NCBI GenBank assembly: GCA_964016885.1
Contig: OZ024747.1
Span: 49,600,001 to 49,664,000, forward strand
Source: Eledone cirrhosa
Lineage: Eukaryota
DNA length: 64,000 nucleotides
Direction of reading: 5' to 3'
Positions 1 to 13,083 of the stretch are shown here, in pieces; positions within the stretch are counted from its first letter, which is position 1; the number at the start of each line of letters is the position of its first letter. Both the position numbers and the translations under genes were made by a program. The notes beneath the pieces are model-generated. The model was given only the letters and a program-made list of their open reading frames with translations. It was not told the origin of the DNA and searched no databases.

Positions 1-3000
1 GTTTACAGTTTATGTGAGTGTCTGTGTCTGTTTACAGTTTATGTGAGTGTCTGTGTCTGTTTACAGTTTATGAGAGTGTCTGTGTCTGTTTACAGTTTAT
101 GAGAGTGTCTGTGTCTGTTTACAGTTTATGAGAGTGTCTGTGTCTGTTTACAGTTTATGAGAGTGTCTGTGTCTGTTTACAGTTTATGAGTGTCTGTGTC
201 TGTTTACAGTTTGTGAGTGTCTGTGTCTGTTTACAGTTTATGAGAGTGTCTGTGTCTGTTTACAGTTTGTGAGTGTCTGTGTCTGTTTACAGTTTATGTG
301 AGTGTCTGTTTACAGTTTATGTGAGTGTCTGTGTCTGTTTACAGTTTATTAGAGTGTCTGTGTCTGTTTACAGTTTATGAGAGTGTCTGTGTCTGTTTAC
401 AGTTTATGAGAGTGTCTGTGTCTGTTTACAGTTTATGAGAGTGTCTGTGTCTGTTTACAGTTTATGTGAGTGTCTGTGTCTGTTTACAGTTTATGTGAGT
501 GTCTGTGTCTGTTTACAGTTTATGTGAGTGTCTGTGTCTGTTTACAGTTTATGAGAGTGTCTGTGTCTGTTTACAGTTTATGAGAGTGTCTGTGTCTGTT
601 TACAGTTTATGAGAGTGTCTGTGTCTGTTTACAGTTTATGAGAGTGTCTGTGTCTGTTTACAGTTTATGAGTGTCTGTGTCTGTTTACAGTTTGTGAGTG
701 TCTGTGTCTGTTTACAGTTTATGAGAGTGTCTGTGTCTGTTTACAGTTTGTGAGTGTCTGTGTCTGTTTACAGTTTATGTGAGTGTCTGTTTACAGTTTA
801 TGAGAGTGTCTGTGTCTGTTTACAGTTTATGTGAGTGTCTGTGTCTGTTTACAGTTTATGAGTGTCTGTGTCTGTTTACAGTTTATGAGAGTGTCTGTGT
901 CTGTTTACAGTTTATGTGAGTGTCTGTGTCTGTTTACAGTTTATGAGAGTGTCTGTGTCTGTTTACAGTTTGTGAGTGTCTGTGTCTGTTTACAGTTTAT
1001 GAGAGTGTCTGTGTCTGTTTACAGTTTGTGAGTGTCTGTGTCTGTTTACAGTTTATGTGAGTGTCTGTTTACAGTTTATGAGAGTGTCTGTGTCTGTTTA
1101 CAGTTTATGTGAGTGTCTGTGTCTGTTTACAGTTTATGTGAGTGTCTGTTTACAGTTTATGTGAGTGTCTGTGTCTGTTTACAGTTTATTAGAGTGTCTG
1201 TGTCTGTTTACAGTTTATGAGAGTGTCTGTGTCTGTTTACAGTTTATGAGAGTGTCTGTGTCTGTTTACAGTTTATGAGAGTGTCTGTGTCTGTTTACAG
1301 TTTATGTGAGTGTCTGTGTCTGTTTACAGTTTATGTGAGTGTCTGTGTCTGTTTACAGTTTATGTGAGTGTCTGTGTCTGTTTACAGTTTATGAGAGTGT
1401 CTGTGTCTGTTTACAGTTTATGAGAGTGTCTGTGTCTGTTTACAGTTTATGAGAGTGTCTGTGTCTGTTTACAGTTTATGAGAGTGTCTGTGTCTGTTTA
1501 CAGTTTATGAGTGTCTGTGTCTGTTTACAGTTTGTGAGTGTCTGTGTCTGTTTACAGTTTATGAGAGTGTCTGTGTCTGTTTACAGTTTGTGAGTGTCTG
1601 TGTCTGTTTACAGTTTATGTGAGTGTCTGTTTACAGTTTATGAGAGTGTCTGTGTCTGTTTACAGTTTATGTGAGTGTCTGTGTCTGTTTACAGTTTATG
1701 TGAGTGTCTGTGTCTGTTTACAGTTTATGAGAGTGTCTGTGTCTGTTTACAGTTTATGAGAGTGTCTGTGTCTGTTTACAGTTTATGAGAGTGTCTGTGT
1801 CTGTTTACAGTTTATGAGAGTGTCTGTGTCTGTTTACAGTTTATGAGTGTCTGTGTCTGTTTACAGTTTGTGAGTGTCTGTGTCTGTTTACAGTTTATGA
1901 GAGTGTCTGTGTCTGTTTACAGTTTGTGAGTGTCTGTGTCTGTTTACAGTTTATGTGAGTGTCTGTTTACAGTTTATGTGAGTGTCTGTGTCTGTTTACA
2001 GTTTATTAGAGTGTCTGTGTCTGTTTACAGTTTATGAGAGTGTCTGTGTCTGTTTACAGTTTATGAGAGTGTCTGTGTCTGTTTACAGTTTATGAGAGTG
2101 TCTGTGTCTGTTTACAGTTTATGTGAGTGTCTGTGTCTGTTTACAGTTTATGTGAGTGTCTGTGTCTGTTTACAGTTTATGTGAGTGTCTGTGTCTGTTT
2201 ACAGTTTATGAGAGTGTCTGTGTCTGTTTACAGTTTATGAGAGTGTCTGTGTCTGTTTACAGTTTATGAGAGTGTCTGTCTGTTTACAGTTTATGTGAGT
2301 GTCTGTGTCTGTTTACAGTTTATGAGAGTGTCTGTGTCTGTTTACAGTTTATGAGAGTGTCTGTGTCTGTTTACAGTTTATGAGAGTGTCTGTGTCTGTT
2401 TACAGTTTATGTGAGTGTCTGTGTCTGTTTACAGTTTATGAGAGTGTCTGTGTCTGTTTACAGTTTATGAGAGTGTCTGTGTCTGTTTACAGTTTATGAG
2501 AGTGTCTGTTTACAGTTTATGTGAGTGTCTGTGTCTGTTTACAGTTTATGAGAGTGTCTGTGTCTGTTTACAGTTTATGTGAGTGTCTGTGTCTGTTTAC
2601 AGTTTATGAGATTGTCTGTGTCTGTTTACAGTTTATGAGTGTCTGTGTCCGTTACAGTTTATGAGTGTCTGTGTCTGTTTACAGTTTATGAGAGTGTCTG
2701 TGTCTGTTTACAGTTTATGAGAGTGTCTGTGTCTGTTTACAGTTTATGAGTGTCTGTGTCTGTTTACAGTTTGTGAGTGTCTGTGTCTGTTTACAGTTTA
2801 TGAGAGTGTCTGTGTCTGTTTACAGTTTGTGAGTGTCTGTGTCTGTTTACAGTTTATGAGATTGTCTGTGTCTGTTTACAGTTTATGAGTGTCTGTGTCC
2901 GTTTACAGTTTATGAGTGTCTGTGTCTGTTTACAGTTTATGAGAGTGTCTGTGTCTGTTTACAGTTTATGAGAGTGTCTGTGTCTGTTTACAGTTTATGA

Positions 3001-6000
3001 GTGTCTGTGTCTGTTTACAGTTTGTGAGTGTCTGTGTCTGTTTACAGTTTATGAGAGTGTCTGTGTCTGTTTACAGTTTGTGAGTGTCTGTGTCTGTTTA
3101 CAGTTTATGTGAGTGTCTGTTTACAGTTTATGAGAGTGTCTGTGTCTGTTTACAGTTTATGTGAGTGTCTGTGTCTGTTTACAGTTTATGAGTGTCTGTG
3201 TCTGTTTACAGTTTATGAGAGTGTCTGTGTCTGTTTACAGTTTATGTGAGTGTCTGTGTCTGTTTACAGTTTATGAGAGTGTCTGTGTCTGTTTACAGTT
3301 TGTGAGTGTCTGTGTCTGTTTACAGTTTATGAGAGTGTCTGTGTCTGTTTACAGTTTATGTGAGTGTCTGTGTCTGTTTACAGTTTATGAGTGTCTGTGT
3401 CTGTTTACAGTTTATGAGAGTGTCTGTGTCTGTTTACAGTTTATGTGAGTGTCTGTGTCTGTTTACAGTTTATGAGAGTGTCTGTGTCTGTTTACAGTTT
3501 GTGAGTGTCTGTGTCTGTTTACAGTTTATGAGAGTGTCTGTGTCTGTTTACAGTTTGTGAGTGTCTGTGTCTGTTTACAGTTTATGTGAGTGTCTGTTTA
3601 CAGTTTATGAGAGTGTCTGTGTCTGTTTACAGTTTATGTGAGTGTCTGTGTCTGTTTACAGTTTATGTGAGTGTCTGTTTACAGTTTATGTGAGTGTCTG
3701 TGTCTGTTTACAGTTTATTAGAGTGTCTGTGTCTGTTTACAGTTTATGAGAGTGTCTGTGTCTGTTTACAGTTTATGAGAGTGTCTGTGTCTGTTTACAG
3801 TTTATGAGAGTGTCTGTGTCTGTTTACAGTTTATGTGAGTGTCTGTGTCTGTTTACAGTTTATGTGAGTGTCTGTGTCTGTTTACAGTTTATGTGAGTGT
3901 CTGTGTCTGTTTACAGTTTATGAGAGTGTCTGTGTCTGTTTACAGTTTATGAGAGTGTCTGTGTCTGTTTACAGTTTATGAGAGTGTCTGTGTCTGTTTA
4001 CAGTTTATGAGAGTGTCTGTGTCTGTTTACAGTTTATGAGTGTCTGTGTCTGTTTACAGTTTGTGAGTGTCTGTGTCTGTTTACAGTTTATGAGAGTGTC
4101 TGTGTCTGTTTACAGTTTGTGAGTGTCTGTGTCTGTTTACAGTTTATGTGAGTGTCTGTTTACAGTTTATGAGAGTGTCTGTGTCTGTTTACAGTTTATG
4201 TGAGTGTCTGTGTCTGTTTACAGTTTATGTGAGTGTCTGTGTCTGTTTACAGTTTATGAGAGTGTCTGTGTCTGTTTACAGTTTATGAGAGTGTCTGTGT
4301 CTGTTTACAGTTTATGAGAGTGTCTGTGTCTGTTTACAGTTTATGAGAGTGTCTGTGTCTGTTTACAGTTTATGAGTGTCTGTGTCTGTTTACAGTTTGT
4401 GAGTGTCTGTGTCTGTTTACAGTTTATGAGAGTGTCTGTGTCTGTTTACAGTTTGTGAGTGTCTGTGTCTGTTTACAGTTTATGTGAGTGTCTGTTTACA
4501 GTTTATGTGAGTGTCTGTGTCTGTTTACAGTTTATTAGAGTGTCTGTGTCTGTTTACAGTTTATGAGAGTGTCTGTGTCTGTTTACAGTTTATGAGAGTG
4601 TCTGTGTCTGTTTACAGTTTATGAGAGTGTCTGTGTCTGTTTACAGTTTATGTGAGTGTCTGTGTCTGTTTACAGTTTATGTGAGTGTCTGTGTCTGTTT
4701 ACAGTTTATGTGAGTGTCTGTGTCTGTTTACAGTTTATGAGAGTGTCTGTGTCTGTTTACAGTTTATGAGAGTGTCTGTGTCTGTTTACAGTTTATGAGA
4801 GTGTCTGTGTCTGTTTACAGTTTATGAGAGTGTCTGTGTCTGTTTACAGTTTATGAGTGTCTGTGTCTGTTTACAGTTTGTGAGTGTCTGTGTCTGTTTA
4901 CAGTTTATGAGAGTGTCTGTGTCTGTTTACAGTTTGTGAGTGTCTGTGTCTGTTTACAGTTTATGTGAGTGTCTGTTTACAGTTTATGAGAGTGTCTGTG
5001 TCTGTTTACAGTTTATGTGAGTGTCTGTGTCTGTTTACAGTTTATGAGTGTCTGTGTCTGTTTACAGTTTATGAGAGTGTCTGTGTCTGTTTACAGTTTA
5101 TGTGAGTGTCTGTGTCTGTTTACAGTTTATGAGAGTGTCTGTGTCTGTTTACAGTTTGTGAGTGTCTGTGTCTGTTTACAGTTTATGAGAGTGTCTGTGT
5201 CTGTTTACAGTTTGTGAGTGTCTGTGTCTGTTTACAGTTTATGTGAGTGTCTGTTTACAGTTTATGAGAGTGTCTGTGTCTGTTTACAGTTTATGTGAGT
5301 GTCTGTGTCTGTTTACAGTTTATGTGAGTGTCTGTTTACAGTTTATGTGAGTGTCTGTGTCTGTTTACAGTTTATTAGAGTGTCTGTGTCTGTTTACAGT
5401 TTATGAGAGTGTCTGTGTCTGTTTACAGTTTATGAGAGTGTCTGTGTCTGTTTACAGTTTATGAGAGTGTCTGTGTCTGTTTACAGTTTATGTGAGTGTC
5501 TGTGTCTGTTTACAGTTTATGTGAGTGTCTGTGTCTGTTTACAGTTTATGTGAGTGTCTGTGTCTGTTTACAGTTTATGTGAGTGTGTGTCTGTTTACAG
5601 TTTATGAGTGTCTGTGTCTGTTTACAGTTTATGTGTGTGTGTGTTTACAGTTTATGAGTGTCTGTGTCTGTTTACAGTTTATGTGAGTGTCTGTGTCTGT
5701 TTACAGTTTATGAGAGTGTGTGTCTGTTTACAGTTTATGTGAGTGTGTGTCTGTTTACAGTTTATGTGAGTGTCTGTGTCTGTTTACAGTTTATGAGAGT
5801 GTGTGTCTGTTTACAGTTTATGTGAGTGTCTGTGTCTGTTTACAGTTTATGTGAGTGTGTGTCTGTTTACAGTTTATGAGTGTCTGTGTCTGTTTACAGT
5901 TTATGAGAGTGTGTGTCTGTTTACAGTTTATGTCTGTGTCTGTTTACAGTTTATGAGAGTGTCTGTGTCTGTTTACAGTTTATGAGAGTGTCTGTGTCTG

Positions 6001-8565
6001 TTTACAGTTTATGAGAGTGTCTGTGTCTGTTTACAGTTTATGAGAGTGTCTGTGTCTGTTTACAGTTTATGAGAGTGTCTGTGTCTGTTTACAGTTTGTG
6101 TCTGTTTACAGTTTATGAGTGTCTGTGTCTGTTTACAGTTTGTGAGTGTCTGTGTCTGTTTACAGTTTATGAGAGTGTCTGTGTCTGTTTACAGTTTGTG
6201 AGTGTCTGTGTCTGTTTACAGTTTATGTGAGTGTCTGTTTACAGTTTATGAGAGTGTCTGTGTCTGTTTACAGTTTATGTGAGTGTCTGTGTCTGTTTAC
6301 AGTTTATGTGAGTGTCTGTGTCTGTTTACAGTTTATGTGAGTGTCTGTTTACAGTTTATGTGAGTGTCTGTGTCTGTTTACAGTTTATGAGAGTGTCTGT
6401 GTCTGTTTACAGTTTATGAGAGTGTCTGTGTCTGTTTACAGTTTATGAGAGTGTCTGTGTCTGTTTACAGTTTATGAGAGTGGCTGTCTGTTTACAGTTT
6501 ATGTGAGTGTCTGTGTCTGTTTACAGTTTATGAGAGTGTCTGTGTCTGTTTACAGTTTATGTGAGTGTCTGTGTCTGTTTACAGTTTATGAGATTGTCTG
6601 TGTCTGTTTACAGTTTATGAGTGTCTGTGTCTGTTTACAGTTTATGAGTGTCTGTGTCTGTTTACAGTTTATGAGTGTCTGTGTCTGTTTACAGTTTATG
6701 AGAGTGTCTGTGTCTGTTTACAGTTTGTGAGTGTCTGTGTCTGTTTACAGTTTGTGAGTGTCTGTGTCTGTTTACAGTTTATGAGAGTGTCTGTGTCTGT
6801 TTACAGTTTGTGAGTGTCTGTGTCTGTTTACAGTTTATGTGAGTGTCTGTTTACAGTTTATGAGAGTGTCTGTGTCTGTTTACAGTTTATGTGATTGTCT
6901 GTGTCTGTTTACAGTTTATGTGAGTGTCTGTTTACAGTTTATGTGAGTGTCTGTGTCTGTTTACAGTTTATTAGAGTGTCTGTGTCTGTTTACAGTTTAT
7001 GAGAGTGTCTGTGTCTGTTTACAGTTTATGAGAGTGTCTGTGTCTGTTTACAGTTTATGAGAGTGTCTGTGTCTGTTTACAGTTTATGAGAGTGTCTGTG
7101 TCTGTTTACAGTTTATGTGAGTGTCTGTGTCTGTTTACAGTTTATGTGAGTGTCTGTGTCTGTTTACAGTTTATGTGAGTGTCTGTGTCTGTTTACAGTT
7201 TATGAGAGTGTCTGTGTCTGTTTACAGTTTATGAGAGTGTCTGTGTCTGTTTACAGTTTATGAGAGTGTCTGTGTCTGTTTACAGTTTATGAGAGTGTCT
7301 GTCTGTTTACAGTTTATGTGAGTGTCTGTGTCTGTTTACAGTTTATGAGAGTGTCTGTGTCTGTTTACAGTTTATGAGAGTGTCTGTGTCTGTTTACAGT
7401 TTATGTGAGTGTCTGTGTCTGTTTACAGTTTATGAGATTGTCTGTGTCTGTTTACAGTTTATGAGTGTCTGTGTCTGTTTACAGTTTATGAGTGTCTGTG
7501 TCTGTTTACAGTTTATGAGAGTGTCTGTGTCTGTTTACAGTTTATGAGAGTGTCTGTGTCTGTTTACAGTTTATGAGAGTGTCTGTGTCTGTTTACAGTT
7601 TATGTGAGTGTCTGTGTCTGTTTACAGTTTATGTGAGTGTCTGTGTCTGTTTACAGTTTATGTGAGTGTCTGTGTCTGTTTACAGTTTATGAGAGTGTCT
7701 GTGTCTGTTTACAGTTTATGAGAGTGTCTGTGTCTGTTTACAGTTTATGAGAGTGTCTGTGTCTGTTTACAGTTTATGAGAGTGTCTGTCTGTTTACAGT
7801 TTATGTGAGTGTCTGTGTCTGTTTACAGTTTATGAGAGTGTCTGTGTCTGTTTACAGTTTATGAGAGTGTCTGTGTCTGTTTACAGTTTATGTGAGTGTC
7901 TGTGTCTGTTTACAGTTTATGAGATTGTCTGTGTCTGTTTACAGTTTATGAGTGTCTGTGTCTGTTTACAGTTTATGAGTGTCTGTGTCTGTTTACAGTT
8001 TATGAGAGTGTCTGTGTCTGTTTACAGTTTATGAGAGTGTCTGTGTCTGTTTACAGTTTATGAGTGTCTGTGTCTGTTTACAGTTTGTGAGTGTCTGTGT
8101 CTGTTTACAGTTTATGAGAGTGTCTGTGTCTGTTTACAGTTTATGTGAGTGTCTGTTTAAAGTTTATGAGAGTGTCTGTGTCTGTTTACAGTTTGTGAGT
8201 GTCTGTGTCTGTTTACAGTTTATGTGAGTGTCTGTGTCTGTTTACAGTTTATGTGAGTGTCTGTGTCTGTTTACAGTTTATGTGAGTGTCTGTGTCTGTT
8301 TACAGTTTATGAGTGTCTGTGTCTGTTTACAGTTTATGAGAGTGTCTGTGTCTGTTTACAGTTCATGAGTGTCTGTGTCTGTTTACAGTTTGTGAGAGTG
8401 TCTGTTTACAGTTTATGTGAGTGTCTGTTTACAGTTCATGAATGTCTGTGTCTGTTTACAGTTTGTGAGAGTGTCTGTTTACAGTTTATGTGAGTGTCTG
8501 TGTCTGTTTACAGTTGATGAGAGTGTTTGTGTCTGTTTACACTTTATTAGTGTCCCTGTCTGTCC
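1..8565. repeat. Tandem satellite array, 29-bp unit GTTTACAGTTTATG(A/T)GAGTGTCTGTGTCT with 27- and 23-bp variants
   Basis: Unit read directly (next unit starts at position 30). Roughly 300 copies, running off the left edge and degenerating after about 8360. It lies in the DCAF15 intron following exon 8662-8809. Confidence 0.98.
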
Positions 8566-8661
8566 CTAGCACCCTAGCATGACCACAGTCCACTGACTGA
8601 AACCAGAAAAAGAATAAAAGAATATTAGAAAAAAAGAGTTAATTGAAAAGTATCTCTTTAC

Positions 8662-8809
8662 CTTTTTTAATGGTTTATATGGTATGAACCACCACCACTG
8701 TAGATTGTAAACATAAACTGGAAGAAATCCTGTGTTTTCATCAGTGTCAACTTGGAGGGAATAAGAAATGACAAACTGACCATCTTTGGTAAATCCAAGA
8801 AACACATAT
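8662..8809 (-). CDS. DCAF15: DCAF15 (DDB1- and CUL4-associated factor 15) internal coding exon
   Basis: Acceptor ttcttttccAG and donor GTaaag, 148 nt. Encodes (G)YVFLGFTKDGQFVISYSLQVDTDENTGFLPVYVYNLQWWWFIPYKPLKK, resembling my recollection of vertebrate DCAF15 GHIFLGFSKCGRYVLSY...YIYHLYWWEF. Phase matches the upstream exon (GG+A = Gly). Confidence 0.88.
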
Positions 8810-11235
8810 CTGGAAAAGAATGAAAAAAAACTATTTATCATAGAAAATATAATCATTGTTATCAATAATTATTTCTGTAAGGAGTGATAAAACCGTTATG
8901 AAAAAAATAATCAATATTAACTGTTTTAATTGAAAACTGATTGAAACCTGGTTAAATAAATGTAATAATAATTCTCTGGGTGTTTGACTAAAAAAAAGAG
9001 GAAAGATCATACTTACCCTAACAGAATTTGAACTCAGAATACAGAAGAAGCAGATAACTAAACATCTCAAAACATTGTGTCTGTTGCTTCAACCACTCTC
9101 ACCACTAAATATAATTGTAATATCATTGTTGTTGGACCAACGAGTGTTCCAAGTTACTGAACATTTCATAGGGAGATTCAGTATACTAGTGTATGGCATA
9201 GCTGGTCTTTTGAATTAAGGATACAATGTACCATTGGAAATCAAACTTGCAACTTTACAATCGTGGGCTGAAACTATGCCATATTTGAAACATATGAGCA
9301 AAATGTGATCGTCTGACCCAGAGCCTTGAACTGTAACAACCCGTCCAGCCCATGCCAGAATGGAAAGTAGGCATAAAGTGATGATGGAGCCATAATAAAA
9401 AGCCCATAGTCCACACTGTAATATGATTGGTATTAGGAAAGGCATCCAGTCGTAGAAACCAAGCGCTAAACAGTTCTGTATTAGCAAGACATGACCACCT
9501 GACCTGACTTTTACATAATAACCCCTCTGACACAAGTATGGGAAATAGACGTTAAAAGGGGATGGTGATGATGATAAAATACTTCAGATTTTTGTTGATT
9601 TTTAATTTAATATTTTGTTTAGTTTTGCTCCATTTAAATAGTGCCTTAATGCCCTTGAAGTGAGATTAGATTAAAACTGTTGGATGGTATCTATTTCAAA
9701 GGTTCAGCCGTGTCATATATTGTCATGATGATTCATCTTGGGAATTACATTACGAGTACACGTGTCTGGAACCACTAAGACATACTTTCACTGTCTACAC
9801 ATACTAAGGCATAAGGAAATAATAATAAAAATCCTATAAAGGGAACATGTACACAAAGAATCAATTCCAAGTTAACCAAACTACAGTGAAAAATTAGCTC
9901 TAAAATGTAACTAAATTGCCATGTCTCTTCAAGTATAGTTCTGTATGCTTGAATGAGGTGCATGTAAGAGTAAATTACAAGAGATGCTAACAAAGGTTTT
10001 TTAGAAACAAGAATACAAATAAATTACAATTGAAGAACTAATCTTTTATCAACGATGATGTCACAATATAGATGTTCTAACAACAAACTGCATCTTGTTA
10101 TACTGATGCACTTCTATGAGCTAACAATGCTAAACAATAGCAAACATCTGACACATACATACACTTCTTTATACAACAAATTATACACATCTTGTTACTT
10201 CTACAGCTATGCCTCACCAACATCTCTATCTGCCATGTTTTCTTCTTTGACCTGTAACTTGTGATGGAGTCATAGGGGTGCTATCATGTCAGTGTGCACT
10301 TTAAATTTGGAGCCCACCCTTCCTTCCAGAACACAGCTGACATTTTCCAGGGAAGGATAGAGATATTGAGAGAGGGAGTGAGAAATAGGTATAGAAGAAG
10401 AATAGACTTCAGTGCTTGACTGTACTTTATTTATCAACCTCAAAAGGATAAAAGGAAAAGTAGTCCTTGGCTGGATTTGAGCTGAGAGAGCACAGAGGAC
10501 CAGAATGAATACTACAAAGCATTCCATTTAAGATACAAACCATAGAAATAGTTATTTTTACCCTGCCTTGTCTTTTCTATTTTTCCTTTGAAATTTTTTC
10601 ATTTTTCCTACATTTTAAACTTGTTTTCAGCCTGTGGCATTCAAAACGTTTCGGGGAGCTGGGCTCCTGAGATTGAGGTTCTTGTCATTGTAGGCAGCTT
10701 CATTTACCTATCAGGTAAAGCTCGTAGAGGCTCCACACCAATGTTATGAGTGTCTTGGTTTGCCTTTAAAATTCTCAAAGGGAAACAAACACCAACATTA
10801 CTTGTAGTATGTAGTATCTTCCATTTTCCCTTTTTTGGGATTAATTTCTCCTGATTTACCTCTGTTGTAAATCATATTCATTATATAAAATATAGTCACT
10901 GATTAAATGTTTCTTAATTCTTTCATTACCATACTTTTATGTATCTCATCAAATCAGAGAGGGGGTGGGGGGAATGGCTGTGTCTAATGCTGCTATTTAA
11001 GGAAAATATGTAATTGTAAAATTGTGAAAAGAAATAAGCACTTAAAACCCTTTCATTACCATATTTCTAAAGACATTACCTATAACTTTTAATTAATTTT
11101 GAAAATATTCAAGAATTTGGAGGGATTTAGGAATATAAATAATTTTCTATTTTAACTTGGTGTTTGGAGCATAATTTTAGCAATGGTTCTTACATAAAAT
11201 AATGACAGAAGGTTTTTTTTTTAAGATAGATCATC

Positions 11236-11610
11236 ATCTCATCATCTTCGTTTAACATCCATTTTCCACGCTAGCATGGGTTAGACGGGTGACCATGTCT
11301 CGCTCATATAGGACTATCTGGCAGGTTTTCTACAGCTGGATGCCCTTCCTAACACCAATCACATTTACAGTGTGGAACTGAGAACTTTTTACCGTGTTAC
11401 CTACACGGCCACATTACAGCGTGTACTGTGTGTATTTTTTGTCGTGACACCTACACGATCTCGATCTCATTATCTCGTGCTGTTGGTGGGAGTGGGAGGA
11501 TAGGGTAAGGGTAGTGGATTGGGGTGTATATTTGGTTAAGAGGTGCCTACTGACTGTAGGTTTCGCTTTGTACACAGGCAAGGCGGGTCTTCCGTATTAC
11601 TGCGTATAAA
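11236..11610 (-). mobile_element. RTE family A 3'-UTR fragment
   Basis: Same 3' sequence as 50747-51130: (CAT)n tail, CTGGATGCCCTTCCTAACACCAA motif and AGGCAAGGCGGGTCTT. Confidence 0.8.
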
Positions 11611-11794
11611 CATTTAAAACCAGTCTTGTATTATAAAACCATGACCAGTTCCCGGATGCTTGATATCAAAAAGGGCATAACATTTAAAAAAAAAAATTTT
11701 TTTTTTTAGAACTAGTTTGTCTAAAATGATGATGATAAATTTCAAGGTAGCAACAATTTAATAAAAACAATACCAATAGTAGTAATAAACTTAC

Positions 11795-11913
11795 CCATCA
11801 TCTAGTAAAACTCTTGGAACAAGAGATGTTAATTTAAAACAAAGCCTTCCAGGAATTTTTTTGAAAAATTTTTCTTTTCTTTGGTGTCTATGTGTTTGAA
11901 GTGATCCCCGAAC
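11795..11913 (-). CDS. DCAF15: DCAF15 preceding coding exon (missed by the ORF track)
   Basis: Acceptor cttttaacAG and donor GTaagt, 119 nt. Encodes VRGSLQTHRHQRKEKFFKKIPGRLCFKLTSLVPRVLLDD+GG, resembling DCAF15 [25 protein letters not shown]..AG. Splices in frame to 8809. Confidence 0.85.
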
Positions 11914-11976
11914 CTGTTAAAAGAAAATACAGAAATATTTCATCAGAAAAAGTTTTGAAATTCCTTGAAACTTTAA

Positions 11977-12184
11977 CCCTTTAGCATTTAAACCAGCTAT
12001 ATCCGGCCAGAATTCTCTCACCTCTTTCTGTTCAAACCGGCTGTAACTGGCCACTCATACTGATATTAAGGTATTGTTCTCAAAATAAATAACATTGAAA
12101 TCTCATAGATTTGATATTATGTAAGATAAAGCCTTTATCGCGAAAATACAATAGTATATATAGAATAATGTAAATGCTAAAGGG
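11977..12184. mobile_element. piggyBac-derived MITE
   Basis: TTAA|CCCTTTAGCATTTA...TAAATGCTAAAGGG|TTAA. It is an inverted copy of 17259-17468. Confidence 0.85.
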
Positions 12185-13083
12185 TTAAAGAAATACTACA
12201 ACAAATCATAAAAGTTTAATAGATAAAACTATATATTTACATTACAGTAAATTTAATAAAGCTTAATAAACGATAAACTTATACATAGATATATAGTTCA
12301 ATAGTACACAAAATATTGGCCATTAAGAAAGTAAGAGTATTTAGCAACAAAAAGACTTTTTTCTTGATTTAGTGTTTCAGAAAGTTTTATCCACCACCAG
12401 TGACATTTGCTCTTTCAATACTGATACAAAATAAGCTGTAGCCTATATACTTTTTGCATATAAAACATTTGCTGGAGATGTTCATTTGTATGCTTAATTA
12501 ATGAGGTTTAATTGGCTGCTTTGTTGGATGTGCAATGTAAATAAGAGAAAAAGCAGAGCAGTGGAGGGCAGCTGCAGTAGAGGTAGACTAAGGAAGACCT
12601 GATCAGAGATTATGAGATGCTGTGCTGAAAAGGACACGTCCAACCCATGCAAGCATGGAAAAAACAAACATAAAAATTTGGCAACATTCATTGAAGTTCA
12701 AAGAAACATTTATTATACCATATTACATGTATTAAAATGTGTTAGAGACCCTATTGCATCTTCAAAATTCAATAAATGTTGCCCAGTTTTTCCTAATACC
12801 CTGTTCATAAGTAATACTCCTTAGAACCTATATACCATACTCAGTGATACATCTTGTATCAAGATGTGACACAACCACATTGAGCACAACTAACACAAGT
12901 TAGTTGTCTCTTTACTTTTTGTTACACATATCCACTTTATATAAATGTGAATATGTTTACATAACACAGATACTTCTATTTTCTCTCATGTATATATCTG
13001 TTAAGTATTGGCGGCAATGAGAATGAATACTCAATAACACTTAGAGAGCAATAACATTATCAAGTATATATATATATATATAT

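Noticed and set aside
1-8565. CRISPR-like array, or the repetitive MSVCVCLQF ORFs
   Set aside because: No unique spacers and no cas genes, and the context is eukaryotic. The ORFs are simply translations of the satellite.
8566-8865. 99-aa ORF as a stand-alone gene
   Set aside because: Only 8662-8809 is exon; the flanks are intronic read-through past clear splice sites.
10635-10745. Minus-strand hammerhead candidate ending GCTCCCCGAAACGTT
   Set aside because: No CUGANGA at the matching position.
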